NCBI RefSeq assembly: GCF_009914755.1 | Contig: NC_060935.1 | Source of the DNA: the human T2T-CHM13v2.0 reference genome, Homo sapiens | Strand: one strand, 5' to 3' | DNA length: 64,000 bases | Shown: piece by piece, positions 1 to 13,967 of the stretch | Numbering within the stretch: the stretch's first letter is position 1 | Layout of the letters: each line of letters begins with the position of its first letter | Made by a program: the position numbers and the translations under genes | The notes under the pieces: model-generated | The model's database searches: none | The model's input: the letters and a program-made list of their open reading frames with translations, nothing else | What the model was told of the DNA's origin: nothing

Positions 1-3000
1 CCCTGCACCTTCAGCTGAGGTATCCAGATTGTCTCATTGGAACTGGCTAGGCAGTTGGTGCGACCCACAGAGAGCAAGGAAAAGCAGGTTAGAGGGACAG
101 CCCACCCAGGAGCCACACGGGGTAAGGGGAACTCCCGCCCCAAGCCAAGGGAGGCAGTGAGTGATTGTGCTACCCCTCCAGGGAAATCACACTTTTTCCA
201 AGGATCTGTGCAACCCATGGATCAGATTTCCTCATGAGGTCATGTCACCAGGGCCTTTGGTCCCCAGCACAGAACTGTGCAGACTCTTGGCAGCCACTCA
301 TGTTGCAGCCAGTGGCAGCACGCTGGAGGTGGCCTAAGATGACCGAGTTCCTGTGCGGAGGGGCAGCTGCCATCACTGCTGCTCCAGTCAGCCATTTTCC
401 CCTGTCAGTGTCGGAGAGACTGGGCAGTTTGGACCAGGAGGAACTCCCCACAGTGCAGCACCGTGGCTATGACAGATCCTGGCCAGACTGTTTCCTTAGG
501 TGAGACTCAGATCAATCCCTCGTCACTGGGCACGGCCTCCCTGTGGGAATTTCAGCAACTCCAGTCAGGAGTTTATGGGCAGAACTCTGATCCCTCAGGA
601 TGGAGCCCCTGGGGAGAGGGGTGGCCACGGTCTTTGGTTCAGTGGACTTAGTCTTTCCCACCTGCTGGTTCTGAGGAATCTGGACAGTCCAGATGAGTGG
701 GATTCCCTCCAGTGCAGCACGCCTGCTCGGCCAAGGAGCAGCCAGAATTCTTCTTTAAGTGGGTCCCTGATCCCGTGCCTCCTGACTGGGTGAGACCTCC
801 CAACAGGAGTTGCCAGACACTTCACAGAGGGGAGTTCTGGCCAGCATCAGGTAGGTGCCCCTCTGGGACAGAGCTCCCAGAAGAAGCAGCAGGTAACCAT
901 CTTTGCTGTTCTGCAGCCTCCACTGATGATACCTCCAGGTGCGGGAGAGACCCAGGTGAATAGGGTCTGGAGTGGAACCCCAGCAAACCACAGCAGCCCT
1001 GCAGAAGATGGGTCTGACTGTTAAAAGAAAATCAAGCAAACAGAAAGCAACAACAACAACATCAACAAAAAGACCCTACAAAAACCTCAAAGGTAAGCAG
1101 CCTCAACAATCAGAGGTAAATAAACCCACAAAGATGAGAATAAAATCAACACAAAAATGCTGAAAAGTCAAACACCAGAGTGCCTCTTCTCTTTCAAGTG
1201 ATCACAACACTTCTCCAGCAAGGGAACAGAACTGGGCTGAGGCTGAGATGGATGAATTGACAGAAGTAGGCTTCAAAAAGTGGGTAATAACAAACTTTGT
1301 TGAACTAAAGGAGTCTGTTCTAACCCAATACAGAGAAGCTAAGAACCGTGATAAAACATTACAGAACCTGCTAAGCAGAATAACCAGTTTAGAGAGGAAC
1401 ACAAATGACCTGATGGAGGTGAAAAACACAACACAAGAACTTCACAATGCAACCACAAGTATCAACAGCCAAATAGACCAAGCAGAGGAGAGAATCTCAG
1501 AGCTTGAAGATTATCTTGCTGAAATAAGACAGGTAGACAAGATTAGAAAAATAAGAATGAAAAGGAATGAAAAAACATTCAAGAATGATGGGATTGTGTA
1601 AGAAGACCAAACCTATGACTGATTGGGGTACCTGAAAGAGACAGGGACAATGGAATCAAATTGGAAACCATACTTCAGGATATCGTTGAGAACTCCCCCA
1701 ACCTAGTAAGATATGCTAGAATTCTGATTCAGGAAATCCAGAGAACCCCAGTAAGATACTCAAGAAGAACAACCCCAAGGCACATAATCATCAGATTTTC
1801 CAAGGTCAAAATGAAGTAAAAAATGTAAAGGGCAGTCAGAGAGAAAGACCAGAGCACCCACAAAGGGAAGGCCATCAAACTAACAACAGAACTCTCAGTG
1901 GAAACCCTACAAGCCAGAAGAGATCGGGGGGCCGATATTCAACATTCTTAAAGAAAAGAATTTCCAACCTAGAATTTCATATCCAAACAAAGTAAGCTTC
2001 ATAAGCAAAGGAGAAATAAAGTCCTTTTTGGGCAAGCAAATGCTGAATTCATCACTACCCAACCGCTCCTGATGGAAGCACTGAATATGGAAAGGAAAAA
2101 CCATTACCAGCCACTACAAAAACACACTGAAATACACAGACCAGTGATACTATGAAGCAACTAATTAACAAGTCTGCAAAATAATGAACGATCATCATGA
2201 TGACAGGACCGAATTCACATATAACAATATTAGCCTTAAATGTAAAAGAGCTAAATGCCACAATCAAAAGACACAGAATGGCAAGCTGAATAGAGCCAAG
2301 ACCCATCAGTAGACTGTATTAAAGAGACCCATCTCACATGCAAAGACACACATAGGCTCAAAATAAAGAGATGGAGGAAAATTTACCAAGCAAATGGAAA
2401 ACAGGAGTAACAATCCTAGTTTCTGACAAAACAGACTTTAAACCAACAAAGATCAAAAAAAGACAAGGGCATTGCATAATGATAAAGGGTTTAATTCAAT
2501 AAGAAGAGCTAACTATCCTAAATATATATACATGCAATACAGGAGCACCCAGATTCATAAAACAAGTTCTTAGAGGCCTGCAAAGAGACTTAGACTCCCA
2601 AACAATAATAGTGGGAGATTTCAAGAGCCCACTGTCAATATAAGACAGATAATTGAGACAGAAAATTAACAAAGATATTCAGGACTTGAACTCAGTTCTG
2701 GATCAAGTGGACATGATAGACATCTACAGAACTCTTCACCAAAAACCAACAGAATATACATTCTTCTTGGCACCACATGGCAATTAATCTAAAATTGATC
2801 ACATACTGGAAGGAAACATTCTTCAGCAAATGCAAAAGAACTGAAATCATAATGAACAGTCTCTCAGACCACAGAACAATTAAATTAGAACTCAAAGAAA
2901 CTCAAACCCACACAACTACATGGAAATTGAACAGCCTGCTTCTAAAAGACTCCAAGGTGAATGATGCAATTTAGGAAGAAATCAAGAAGTTCTCTAAAAC

Positions 3001-5394
3001 TAATGAGAACAAAGAGACAACATACCAGAATCTCTGGGACACAGCTAAAGCAGTGTTAAGAGGGAAATTTGTAGCACTAAATACCCACATCAATAGATGC
3101 AGAAAAGGCCTTCAATAAAAATCATCATCCCTTCATGTTAAAAATTCTCAATAACCTAGGAATTAAAGGAACGTGTCTCAAAATAATAATGACAGCCAAT
3201 ATCTTACTAAATGGGCAAAAGATGGAAGTATTCCCCTTGAAAATCAGCACAAGAGAAGGATGCCCTTTCTCACCATTCCTATTCAATATAGTATTGGAAG
3301 TACTGGCCAAGGCAATCAGGCAAGAGAAATAAGTAAAGCATATTCAAATAGAAAGAGAGGATGTCAAACTGTCTCTGTTTGCAGGTGACATGATCCTATA
3401 TCTAGAAAACCCTATCGTCTCGTACCAAAAGCTTCTTAAGATGACAAGCAACTTCAGCAAAGCCTCAGAATACAAAATCAATGTGCAAAAATCACAAGCA
3501 TTCCTATACACCAACAACAGATAGGCAGACAGCTAAATCACAAATGAACACCCTTCCCAATTGCTACATAGAATAAAATACCTAGAAATACAGCTAACAG
3601 GGGAAGTGAAGGAACTCTTCAAGGAGAAATACAAAGCACTGCTTAAGGAAATCAGAGAGAATACAAACAAATGGAAAAACATTCCATGCTCATGGATAGG
3701 AAGAATCAATATCATGAAAATGGCCATGCTGCACAAAGAAATTTATGGATTCAATGCTATTTCCATCAAACTACCATTGACATTCTTCACAGAATTAGAA
3801 AAAAACTATTTTAAAATTTATATGGAAACAAAAAAGAGCTCATATAGCCAGAACAATTCTAAGCCAAAATAACAAAGCTGGAGGCATCATGGTGCATGAC
3901 TTCAAACTATACTACAAGGCTACAGTAACCAAAACAGCATAGTACTGGTACAAAAACAAGCACATAGACCAATGGAACAGAGTAGAGAACTTAGAAATAA
4001 GACTGCACATGTACAACCATCTGATCTTTGACAAACTTAACAAAAACAAGCAATGAGGAAAGAATTCCCTATTTAATAAATGGTGTTGGGAGAACATGCT
4101 AGACATATGCAGAAAATTGAACCTAGACCCCTTACTTATACCTTATACAAAAATCAACTCAAATGGGTTAAAAACTTAAATATAAAACCAAAAACTATAA
4201 AAACCCTAGAAGAAAAATCTAGGCAATACCATTCAGGACTTAGGGATGGGTAAAGATTTTATGACAAAAATGGCAAAAGCAATTGCAACAAAAGCAAAAA
4301 TTGACAAATGGGATCTAATTAAACTAAAGTGCTTCTGCACAGCAAAATAAACTATCATCAGAGGGAACTGACAACCTACAGAATGGGAGAACATTTTTAC
4401 AACCTATTCATCTGACAAAGGTCTAATATCCAGAGACTACAAGGAACTTAAACAAATTTACAAGAAAGAAACAAGCAACCCCATTAGAAAGTGGGCAAAG
4501 GACATGAACAGACACTTCTCAAAAGAAGACATTTATTCAGCCAAAAAACATATGAAAAAAGATTCAACATCACTGATTATTAGAGGAATGCAAATCAAAA
4601 TCACAATGAGATACCATCTCATGCCAATCAGAATGGCAATTATCAAAAGGTCAAGAAACAACAGATGTGGTGAGGCTGCAGAGAAAAGGGAACACTTTTA
4701 TACTGTTGGGAATGAAAATTAGTTCAACCATTGTTGAAGGTGGTGTGACAATTCCTCAAAGTCATACAACCAGAAATACCTTTTGGCTTAGCAATCCCAT
4801 TACTGGGTATATACCCAAAGGAATATAAATAATTCTATTATAAAGATACATGCATGTGCATGTGCATGTTCAATGCAGCACTATTCACAATAGCAAAGAT
4901 ATTCAATGCAGCACTATTCACAATAGCAAAGATATGGAATGAACACAAATGCCCATCAATGATAGACTGGATAAAGAAAATGTGGTACATATACACCATG
5001 GAATACTATGCAGCCATAAAAAGAAATGAGATCATGTCCTTTGGGGGAACATGGATGTAGCTGAAAGCCATTATCTTCGGCAAACTAACATAAGAACAGA
5101 AAATCAAACACCACATAGTCTCACTTATCAGTGGGAGCTGAACAATGAGAGCACGTGGACACAGCGAGGGGAACAACACACACTGGGGCCTGTTGCTGGG
5201 GGTGGGGCGTGGGAGGGAGAGCATTAGGAAAAATAACTAATGTATGCTGGGCTTACTTAGGTGGTGGATTGATAGGTGAAGTAAACCACCATGGCGCATG
5301 TTTACCTATGTAACAAACCTGCACGTCCTGCACTCCTGCACATTTACCTCAGAACTTAAAATTTAAAAAAAAAATAAAGTAAAATAAAATAAAG
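1..5394 (+). mobile_element. Near full-length decayed LINE-1 (L1PA11-13-like), 5' end outside/at window edge, internal ORF2 deletion
   Basis: GC-rich 5'UTR (1-~1130), ORF1 remnant (ORF 1248-1601 MDELTEVGFKKWVITNF...), ORF2 start atgacaggaccgaattcacatataaca at 2200 (MTGxNSHIT), RT and C-terminal remnants, 3'UTR with G-rich tract (~5190-5220) and A-rich tail ~5360-5394. Many stops and frameshifts. Confidence 0.95.
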
Positions 5395-6057
5395 AATTAC
5401 CAAGGTGTAAAGATGTAGAAAGGGTAACGTGTAAGGACTAATTGGAGTAATCAAAATGTTTTAGTATGAAAGAAAATAAAAACAAAATAAACATCCTCAC
5501 CATTTGAGCTGGTTTATGATTTGGATGGACCACCCTTTATAACACTGAATTTTATTTCTAACAAAGGGTATGTAGACAGGAGATTCTTGCATTAAGTGAA
5601 CATTTGAATACAACACCTTTTATTGTCAAACAATATTACTTTTTATCTAAATGTGACAGAAAAAAAGAAACATTATAGGCCACCAGATTTAAGAAGGTTA
5701 ATTTTTAAAATATATATATGCAAGACCACATTATAGTTTATTATAAAATAACAGAGAAATGAACTTTGGACTTCACCACAACATGCCATTATAAATTGCA
5801 TCTAAGTAAACACAAACATCTGCCAGTGATGTAAACAAAGTCTGTTATGAGAGGATTCTTGTTGCACCATCAGAGCATAATATTTAATATTCATTAGAGA
5901 CATGAATATGTTAGTTTTTCTTCTTCTCTATTCTCAGAGGTAGTAATTATATAGTGAAAGTTGAATAATTCTAGTTTGCAGTTTCACAAATTAGAAGCTG
6001 CTACATGTGTTCTTACTAAGAATTTATTTGAAATTTAGTAAAAGTATGACACTATCT

Positions 6058-6112
6058 CACATTTTTGAGTAATAATTGAGATTCACACACACATTTTTGG
6101 TTAATAATTGAG

Positions 6113-6148
<36 letters not shown>
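6058..6148. repeat. ~32-bp tandem duplication ending in (CA)n microsatellite
   Basis: cacatttttgagtaataattgagattcacaca followed by cacatttttggttaataattgagattca(ca)n. Confidence 0.85.
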
Positions 6149-6149
<1 letters not shown>

Positions 6150-7726
6150 ACCATACTGAATAAAGAGAAAGATAATAGAGTATAAGTCTGAGAGAATGTC
6201 ATTCATGAATTTTTTTTGGTAGGTGGATATTAGCAAAAGGGTTCCAATGCCATATTTTAAATAAGAAACTGAGGTGAGAGAAACCCACCAAAAAAAGTGG
6301 GAATAGTATTGCAGAACTTGAGTTACATCAATGGAGCAACAGAAGAACTCAAAATGTTCATCTGAAAGCACCTGACTGAAATAAAAGCCTAGGAATAAAT
6401 TAAATTATATTACAGGACCATGCTACCAGAACCATTGGTCACACCTTCAGATTATTCTAGCAAAAAGCAGCACACCTCATAGGAATATAGCACAAATAAG
6501 TCACCAAGAAAACAAATTTTTATATCAGTAAAACAAGATACTATAATCAGGACCAAAATCACAGTTATCTACCATTACCAATGTAATCATCAGCTAGTTT
6601 AATTTGACAATGGAGTCATAAAATAGGCTATACACAGAAAGCAAGGTTATGAACAAAGACTTTCTTGTTTGGACTTTCATGCCTAGAAAATATAAAACAG
6701 CAATAACACTAGCAGAGAAATAGATAAGCCAAACTATGTGGATCCTTCTCTCAACCATGCACAAAACTGTATTTTTGAACTTTATTCTTTAAAGTAGTAA
6801 ACTCTCTTTCTTGAAGAGTACTCCTGGCTTTCTGAAGATCTTCTTTTCCTCCTCCAGAGAAGTATCAAATATATTTATTTTCACTAAGTTGCACTTGGCT
6901 AAAATAAATTATTAGAATTTTAATTATCATGAAGGAATTTGGGTTCTATTTTGCCAAATCGAAAAGATTAGTAAATAAATAAATAGGCAGTGTGCAAAAC
7001 ATCATTAACGACCAGTAAGCTTTTCTCATTATGACTAAAATAATGCATACACTTCTTGTTCAATTAAAAGGTCTGTGAAGTCAAACTATTATTTATTTTA
7101 CACTTAAAATATAAGTCCTCTATAAATTTTTGAATTAGAAAATGTGAAAAAGCTGTTTTTGCATAAGCATGGATTAATTCATGCTATATGGTTCCTACAT
7201 CTTTTTTCCCCCAATCTCTCTATTTGCCAATTTTACAGTAGAATATGCATCCTCCAACCCTGCTTCCTATTGGTCCAAGACAATCAAGATATTCTTCATA
7301 AATATTACATAAGCTTTCCCCATCAGTGGAGCCATTAAGAACCAAATATTGAAGAATTATGCTCCTCTGATGTTCTCAATGGGTCTTTCTGTTTCCCTTC
7401 TTACTAATAGACCCACCGGACTAATGTTCAGCATTCAAAAGATCTGAGATTACCATTTGCTAACACTGTGCAATAGGTTTTTTTACTCAGGTGACTTGAG
7501 CTCACAATCTTAAGTACCACTATAAAGTTGTTGAATCACATTTGATACTTTTTTATTATCGCCCATGAGCATCTCAGACTGTATGTGGCTCAAGCTTACT
7601 CTCATCCTGAGTTTCTTACCTTAATAATTGAATAACAGAGTTCAACAAATTGCCTAACAAAGAAACCTTAGTCAGGCACTCTTCCTTCTCCCTAAATTCC
7701 TACATCTAGTGTAGGTATAAAAAGCA

Positions 7727-10483
7727 GTTTTTCTCTAATTCTGTGAAGAAATCCAACCGTAGCTTGATGGGAATAGCATTGAATCTATAAATTACATTGG
7801 GCAGTTTGGCCTTGTTCACGATATTGATTCTTCTTATACATGAGCAAGAAACTTTTTTCCATTTGTTTGTGTGAGGAGTGGTTTGTATTTCTCCTTGAGG
7901 AGGTCCTTCACATCCCTTGCAAGTTGTATTCCTAGGTATTTTATTCTCCTTATAGCAATTGTGAATGTGAGTCCACTGATGATTTGGCTCTCTATTATTG
8001 GTGTAAATAAGTGTTTGTGATTTTTGCACACTGATTTTGTATCTTGAGACATTTCTGAAGTTGCTTATCAGCCTAAGGAGTTTTTGGGCTGAGACAATGG
8101 GGTTTTCTAAATATACAATCATGTCATCTGCTAACAGAGACAATTTGACTTTCTCTCTTCCTATTTGAATAGGCTCTATTTCTTTCTCTTGCCTGGTTGT
8201 CCCGGCCAGAACTTCCAATGTGATGTTGAATAGGAGTGGTGAGAAAGGGGATCCTTGTCTTATGCCTGTTTTCTAAGGGAATGCTTCCAACTTTTACCCA
8301 TTCAATATGATACTGGCTATGGATTTGTCATAAATAGCTGTTATTATTTTGAGATATGTTCCATCCATCAATACCTAGTTTATTGAGAGTTTTTAGCATT
8401 AAGGGATGTTGAATTTTATTGAAGGCCTTTTCTGCATCTATTGAGATAATCGTGTGGTTTTTGTCATTGGTTCTGTTTATGTGATGAATTATGTTTATTG
8501 ATTTGCATATGCTGAAACAGCCTTGCATCCCACGGATGAAGCCAACTTGATCGTGGTTGATACGCTTTTTGATGTGTTGCTGGATTCGGTTTGCCACTAT
8601 TTTACTGAAGATTTTCACATCTATGTTCATCAGGGATATTGGCCTGAAATTTTCTTTTTTATTTTGTGTCTCTGCCAGATTTTGGTATCAGGATGTTGCT
8701 TGCCTCATAAAATGAGTTAGGGAGGAGTCCCTCTTTTTCTACTGTTTGAAATGGTTTCAGAAGGAATGGTACAAGCTCCTATTTATACATCTGGTAGAAT
8801 TTGGCTGTGAATCCTTCTGGTCTTGGACTTGTTTTTGGTTGGTAGGCTATTAATTACTACCTCAATTTTAGAACTTGTTACTGGTCTATTCAGAGATTTG
8901 ACTTCTTCCTGGTTTAGTCTTGGAAGAGAGTATGTGTCCAAGAATTTATATATTTCTTCTAGATTTTTTAGTTTATTTGCATAGAGGTGGAGCCCATATA
9001 GCCAAGACAGTCCTAAGCAAAAAGAACAAAGCTGGAGGCTTCACACTACCTGACTTCAAACTACACTACAAGGATACAGTAACCAAAACACCTTGGTATT
9101 GGTACCAAAACAGATATATAGACCAATGAAACAGAACAGAGGCCTCAGAAATAACATAACACATCTACAACCATCTGATCTTTGACAAACCTGACAAAAA
9201 TAAGAAATGGGGAAAGGATTTTCTATTTAATAAATGGTGCTGGAAAAACTGGCTAGCTATATGCAGAAAACTGAAACTGGACCTCTTGTTTACACTTTAT
9301 ACAAAAATTAACACAAGATGGATTAAAGACTTTAATGTAAAACCTAAAACCATAAAAATCCTAGAAGAAAAGATAGGCAATATCATTCAGGACACAGGCA
9401 TGGGCAAAAACTTCATGACTAAAACACCAAAAGCAATTGCAACAAAAGCCAAAATTGACAAATGGGATCTAATTAAACTAAAGAGCTTCTGCAGAGCAAA
9501 AGAAACTATCTTCAGAGTGAACAGGCAATATACAGAATGGTAAAAAATTTTTGCAATCTACCCATCTGACAAAGATCTAATATCCAGAATCTACAAGGAA
9601 CTTTAAAAAATTTATCAGAATAAAAACAAACAACCCAATCAAAAAGTGGGCAAAGGATATATACAGACACTTCTCAAAAAAAATACATTTATGTGGCCAA
9701 CAAACATATGAAAAAGAGCTCATCATCACTGGTCATTAAAGAAATGCAAATCAAAACCACAATGAGATAACATTTCACACCAGTTAGAATGGTGATCATT
9801 AAAAATCAGAAAACAACAGATGCTGGTGAGGTGGAGAAATGGGAAAGATTTTACACTTCTGGGGGTGTAAATTAGCTCAACCATTGGGTAAGATAGTGTG
9901 GCAATTCCTCAAGGATCTATAATCAGAAATGCCATTTGACCCAGCAATCCCATTACTGGGTATATACCTAAAGGGTTATAACTTATTCTACTATAAAGAC
10001 ACATGCACACATATGTTTGCTCCAACACTATTTACGTTAGCAAAGACTTGGAGCCAACCCAAATGTCCATCAATGATAGATTGGATAAAGAAAATATGGC
10101 ACCTATACATCATGGAATACTGTGCAGCCATGAAAAAGAATGAGTTCATGTCCTTTTCAGGGACATGGATGAAGCTGGAATCCATCATTCTCAGCAAACT
10201 AACAAAGGAACAGAAAACCAAATACCTCATGTTCTCACTCAGAACTGGGAGTTGAACAATGAAAACACATCGACACAAGGAGGGGAACATCACACACGGG
10301 GGCCTGTCGGGGGGCTGTGGGTCAAGAGGAGGGAGAGCCTTAGGAGAAATATATAATGCATGTGGGGCTTAAAACCTAAATGACGAGTTGATAGGTGCAG
10401 CCAACCACCATGGCACATGTATACATTTGTAACAAACCTGCATGTTCTGCAAATGTATCCCAGAACTTAAAGTAAAATTTTTT
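7727..10483 (+). mobile_element. 5'-inverted (twin-primed) LINE-1, L1PA8-like; inverted ORF2 segment ~7722-8989, sense segment 8990-10483
   Basis: Minus-strand RT remnants (ORFs 7706-8218, 8328-8630 [16 protein letters not shown]), switch at atagaggtg|gagcccatatagccaag, plus-strand ORF2 C-terminus and 3'UTR; candidate TSD taaaaagca 7718-7726 and 10484-10492. Confidence 0.93.
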
Positions 10484-12998
10484 TAAAAAGCATTTGGTGA
10501 CACAGTATTAGCAATCTTATTTCTCTTGACATAATACCTGGTATCTTTTCTTGAGAACAATAGCAATCCGTTTGATTATTCTTTGTATTCATTTTGTCAT
10601 GTTTATGCATATTAATGGAGAAAGCATTTTTTTCTTTCATAATGAGAAAAGAATCCTATTTGTCCTCATTTTATCCTGAAATATTAAATAGAAAAAAAGT
10701 GTGTGAATTTTCTCCTTTTCTCCATGTTTACTCTCCCCATCTTCAGAATTTTGCTTAAAAGCCTGAGAAAAAGAAATAATTTTGGTGCACAAAGATATTG
10801 ATGATACCATATTGTTTTATATGTTGGTAGGTGTGCAGATGACAAAAGGCAATGGGAATTCATTCCTACAATAAATATGTGTGTAGTGTTTATGTTGCTT
10901 GTCATTTTTTGCCTAACTCAACTCGGGCCAGAAATGGGGCTGGCCTTGTTTTGAAACTCTGCACGTCAAACTGACTACCCAAGACACCTGGAGCAAAAGT
11001 TTATGGTTGACATATACATTAGACCCTCTAAGAACCTGAAAGCAAATGCTGGGGCGATCTTCAGGAAATTAGAACATTCAAAAGCATCAATGTATATGAA
11101 AAAATTTAGAAAAACATGTGCATGTCCAAAGCAAGAATCATGCTAAGAAAAAAACCTGAGGAGACCCTCAGCTTTAACCTCTGGTTGGTCCATAGTCTCC
11201 TAGCAATTCTGGCTAAGCATTGAATGAGTGTCCTGGCACTGAGCCAATCTTCAAAAACAAGCAGAGATGTTTCTTTCTTTGTGTCTTGTTTTTCAGTCTT
11301 TGGAACTCAAGGTAATCACTGTCCAAACACTAGAAAAACACAATCTAAAAAACAGAGACCTCAGTAACCACACCCAACAAATAATATAATCTTAGCAAAA
11401 AGAAAAATGAAGTTTAGGAAATTCACTAAATAAACAAAAAACTACAGACTTCAAATATAAAAACAAAACAAAACAAAAATAAAAAAATTCTGAGAAAGGG
11501 GTAGAATCTAACCTAGAGTTATCACAGTATTATGTTTAAATCTTCAGTTTTTAACAAATAATTACAAGGCATGTGGAGAAACAGCAAAGTGTGGTCCATT
11601 TAAAGTAAAATAAATGAATTGACAGACATCATTCCTGATAAAATACAGACATAAAAATTACTAGACCGAGACTTAAAAAAATAGTTTTAAATGAGGACAA
11701 GAAGCTAAAGGAAAACATAGACAAATAACTAAATAACACCAGAAAAATAAATGAATGAAAAATTATAATATCAATAGATATATAAATTAATTTTTTACAA
11801 GGGCCAAATGAAAAATCTAATGCTAAAACCACAAGTGGTACAAAAAATGTACTAATGGATCTCAGCAACAGATTTGAGCAGGAAGGAGAACAAATAAGCA
11901 CACCTGAAAATATTACAATTGAGATTATTAAATTTGAAGAGCATGAAGAAAACAAAATGAAGAAAAATGAACAAAACTTAAGTGACGTGTAGGACACCAT
12001 CAAGCAGATCAATGTATGCATTATTGAGTACCAGTAAAAGAAGAGGAACAAAAAGGCAGAATAATATTTTAAAGAATAATGGCTGAAAATATTTTAACCT
12101 TGATTAAAGATATCAATTTGCAAATCCAAAAAGCTCAATTAATTTCAAGTGTAAAACCCTAAAGGAGACACACACCAAAACAGATTTTAATCAAACTGTT
12201 AAAAGTCAAAGATAATGTCTCAAAAGCAGCAAAAGACATGTAACTAATCATGCAGTTAAGAAATCCAGAGTATGATCAATAGGCAATTTTTCTTCAGAAA
12301 TCATGGATGCTGAAAGTCAGTGGAATGACAAAGCGCTAAAAGAAAACTATCAAATAAGAATTTTACATCGGGCAAACTGTCCTTCAAAAATGAGAAAGAA
12401 TTTAAGACATTTCCAAAAACCAAAGGTTGAGTGTGTTTATTACCACTAGATCTGCCCTACAAGAAATGCTAAAGGAATCCATTAAGGACAAAATAAAAAA
12501 AACAATAGGCAGTAATTCAAAATTGTTTGAACAAATCTCTCCGGTAATGATAAATACGCAGCCAAATATAAAAGCCAATATAATATTATTTTTGGTTTAT
12601 AATTTTACTTTTTGTTTTCCATAGGATTTAAAAGATAAATGAATAAAAATTATAAGTTTATTGGGCATACAACATATAAAATATCTATAAAAACAACAAT
12701 ATAAAGAGAGACCGTGAGATGGAGCTGTAAAGGACCAGAGTTTGTATATATTATTTAAGTTAAGTTTGTATCAATTTGAACTAGATGTTATAAATTCAGT
12801 ATGTTAACTGTAATCCAAGTGGTAACCACAAAAATTTATTAATAAATACACAAAAGGAAATGAAAAGGAAATCAACATGTGTCACTACAAATAATTCAAT
12901 TAAACACAAAAGAAGACAATAATAGAGAAAAGATGGACAAAAGTTATTAGACATATAGATAACAATTAGCAAAATGGCAGAAGTAAGTCCTCCCTTTT

Positions 12999-13967
12999 CA
13001 TGTGCATGCTCGCCAAAGTATGACCTCAGCAGAAAAGGATTTTAAAAATAAAGTGAAAAGGATGATCCTTTCAGTGGATACAAGTCAGTCTCCTTTTCCA
13101 ACCACTTTTGTCAATGCCCAATTACTCGAGAACAAAATGGCCATGGTGGCAGGGATGGGGAGTATACATGGGATCAGCAACATGGACTTACGCTCACTTA
13201 GGCCTCCCTGGTTACAGCCACTCCGAAGAGCTTAATATGCTAGAAGCTGAGATCAACAATGAGTCTCCAAAATCACAACATTCTCCAGGGTGATCAGCCA
13301 GCTACCTGGTGGCTGATTGCATTGAATCGTTTTCATCATGGAAGGAAAACTGTTTTGTACTTACTGGAAAAGACTCTGGGTATGGATTTGCCTTCTCTGC
13401 AAACAGTGCATATGAAAACTAACATTGGTGGATGTATAGAACATTTTATCCACTGTCATGGTACTCTACACAACATTGTTTCGACGAAGTAACTTACTTC
13501 ACAGCAAATGAAGTGCAACAATGGGCTTGTGCTCATGTAGTTCACTGGTGTTATCATGACATCCATCATCCTAAAACAGCTGGCTTGATAAAATAGTGGA
13601 ATGGCCTATTTACTGAAGAACAGTCACAGTACCAGCTAGATGTAAATACCTTGCATGGCTATGGCAAGTTTCTCCAGAAACCTGTATAATATTCTAAATT
13701 AGCATCCAATATATAATGCCATTTCTTCCACAGTCAGGATTCACAATCCAGGATTAAGGGGTGGAAATGAGAGCGCCATCGGTCATTATTACCCTTAGTG
13801 ATACACTAGCAAATCTTTTGCTTTATATAACTGTGATGTTATGCTGTGTTGATCTAGAGGTGTTAATTCCAAAGTAGGAATGCTTCTACCAGGAGATACC
13901 ACAATGATCTATATCTGTATCTATATCCATAACTGTTGATTCTTTTCCTCTGGAGGACCCCAATACA
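12999..13967 (+). mobile_element. ERVL (HERV-L-like) internal fragment: RNase H end, integrase, start of dUTPase, fused to last ~55 bp of an MLT2-type LTR
   Basis: Frameshifted peptides MTSAEKDFKNKVKRM..SVDTSQS, GDQPATWW, LIHCHG-like FIHCHGTLHNIVS, and atgcttctaccaggagataccacaatg (MLLPGDTTM) resemble HERV-L pol/dut; terminal cctctggaggaccccaataca resembles the MLT2 LTR 3' end. Confidence 0.85.

Noticed and set aside
37-1163. Cluster of overlapping GC-rich ORFs
   Set aside because: Stop-poor frames in the L1 5'UTR; no recognisable protein.
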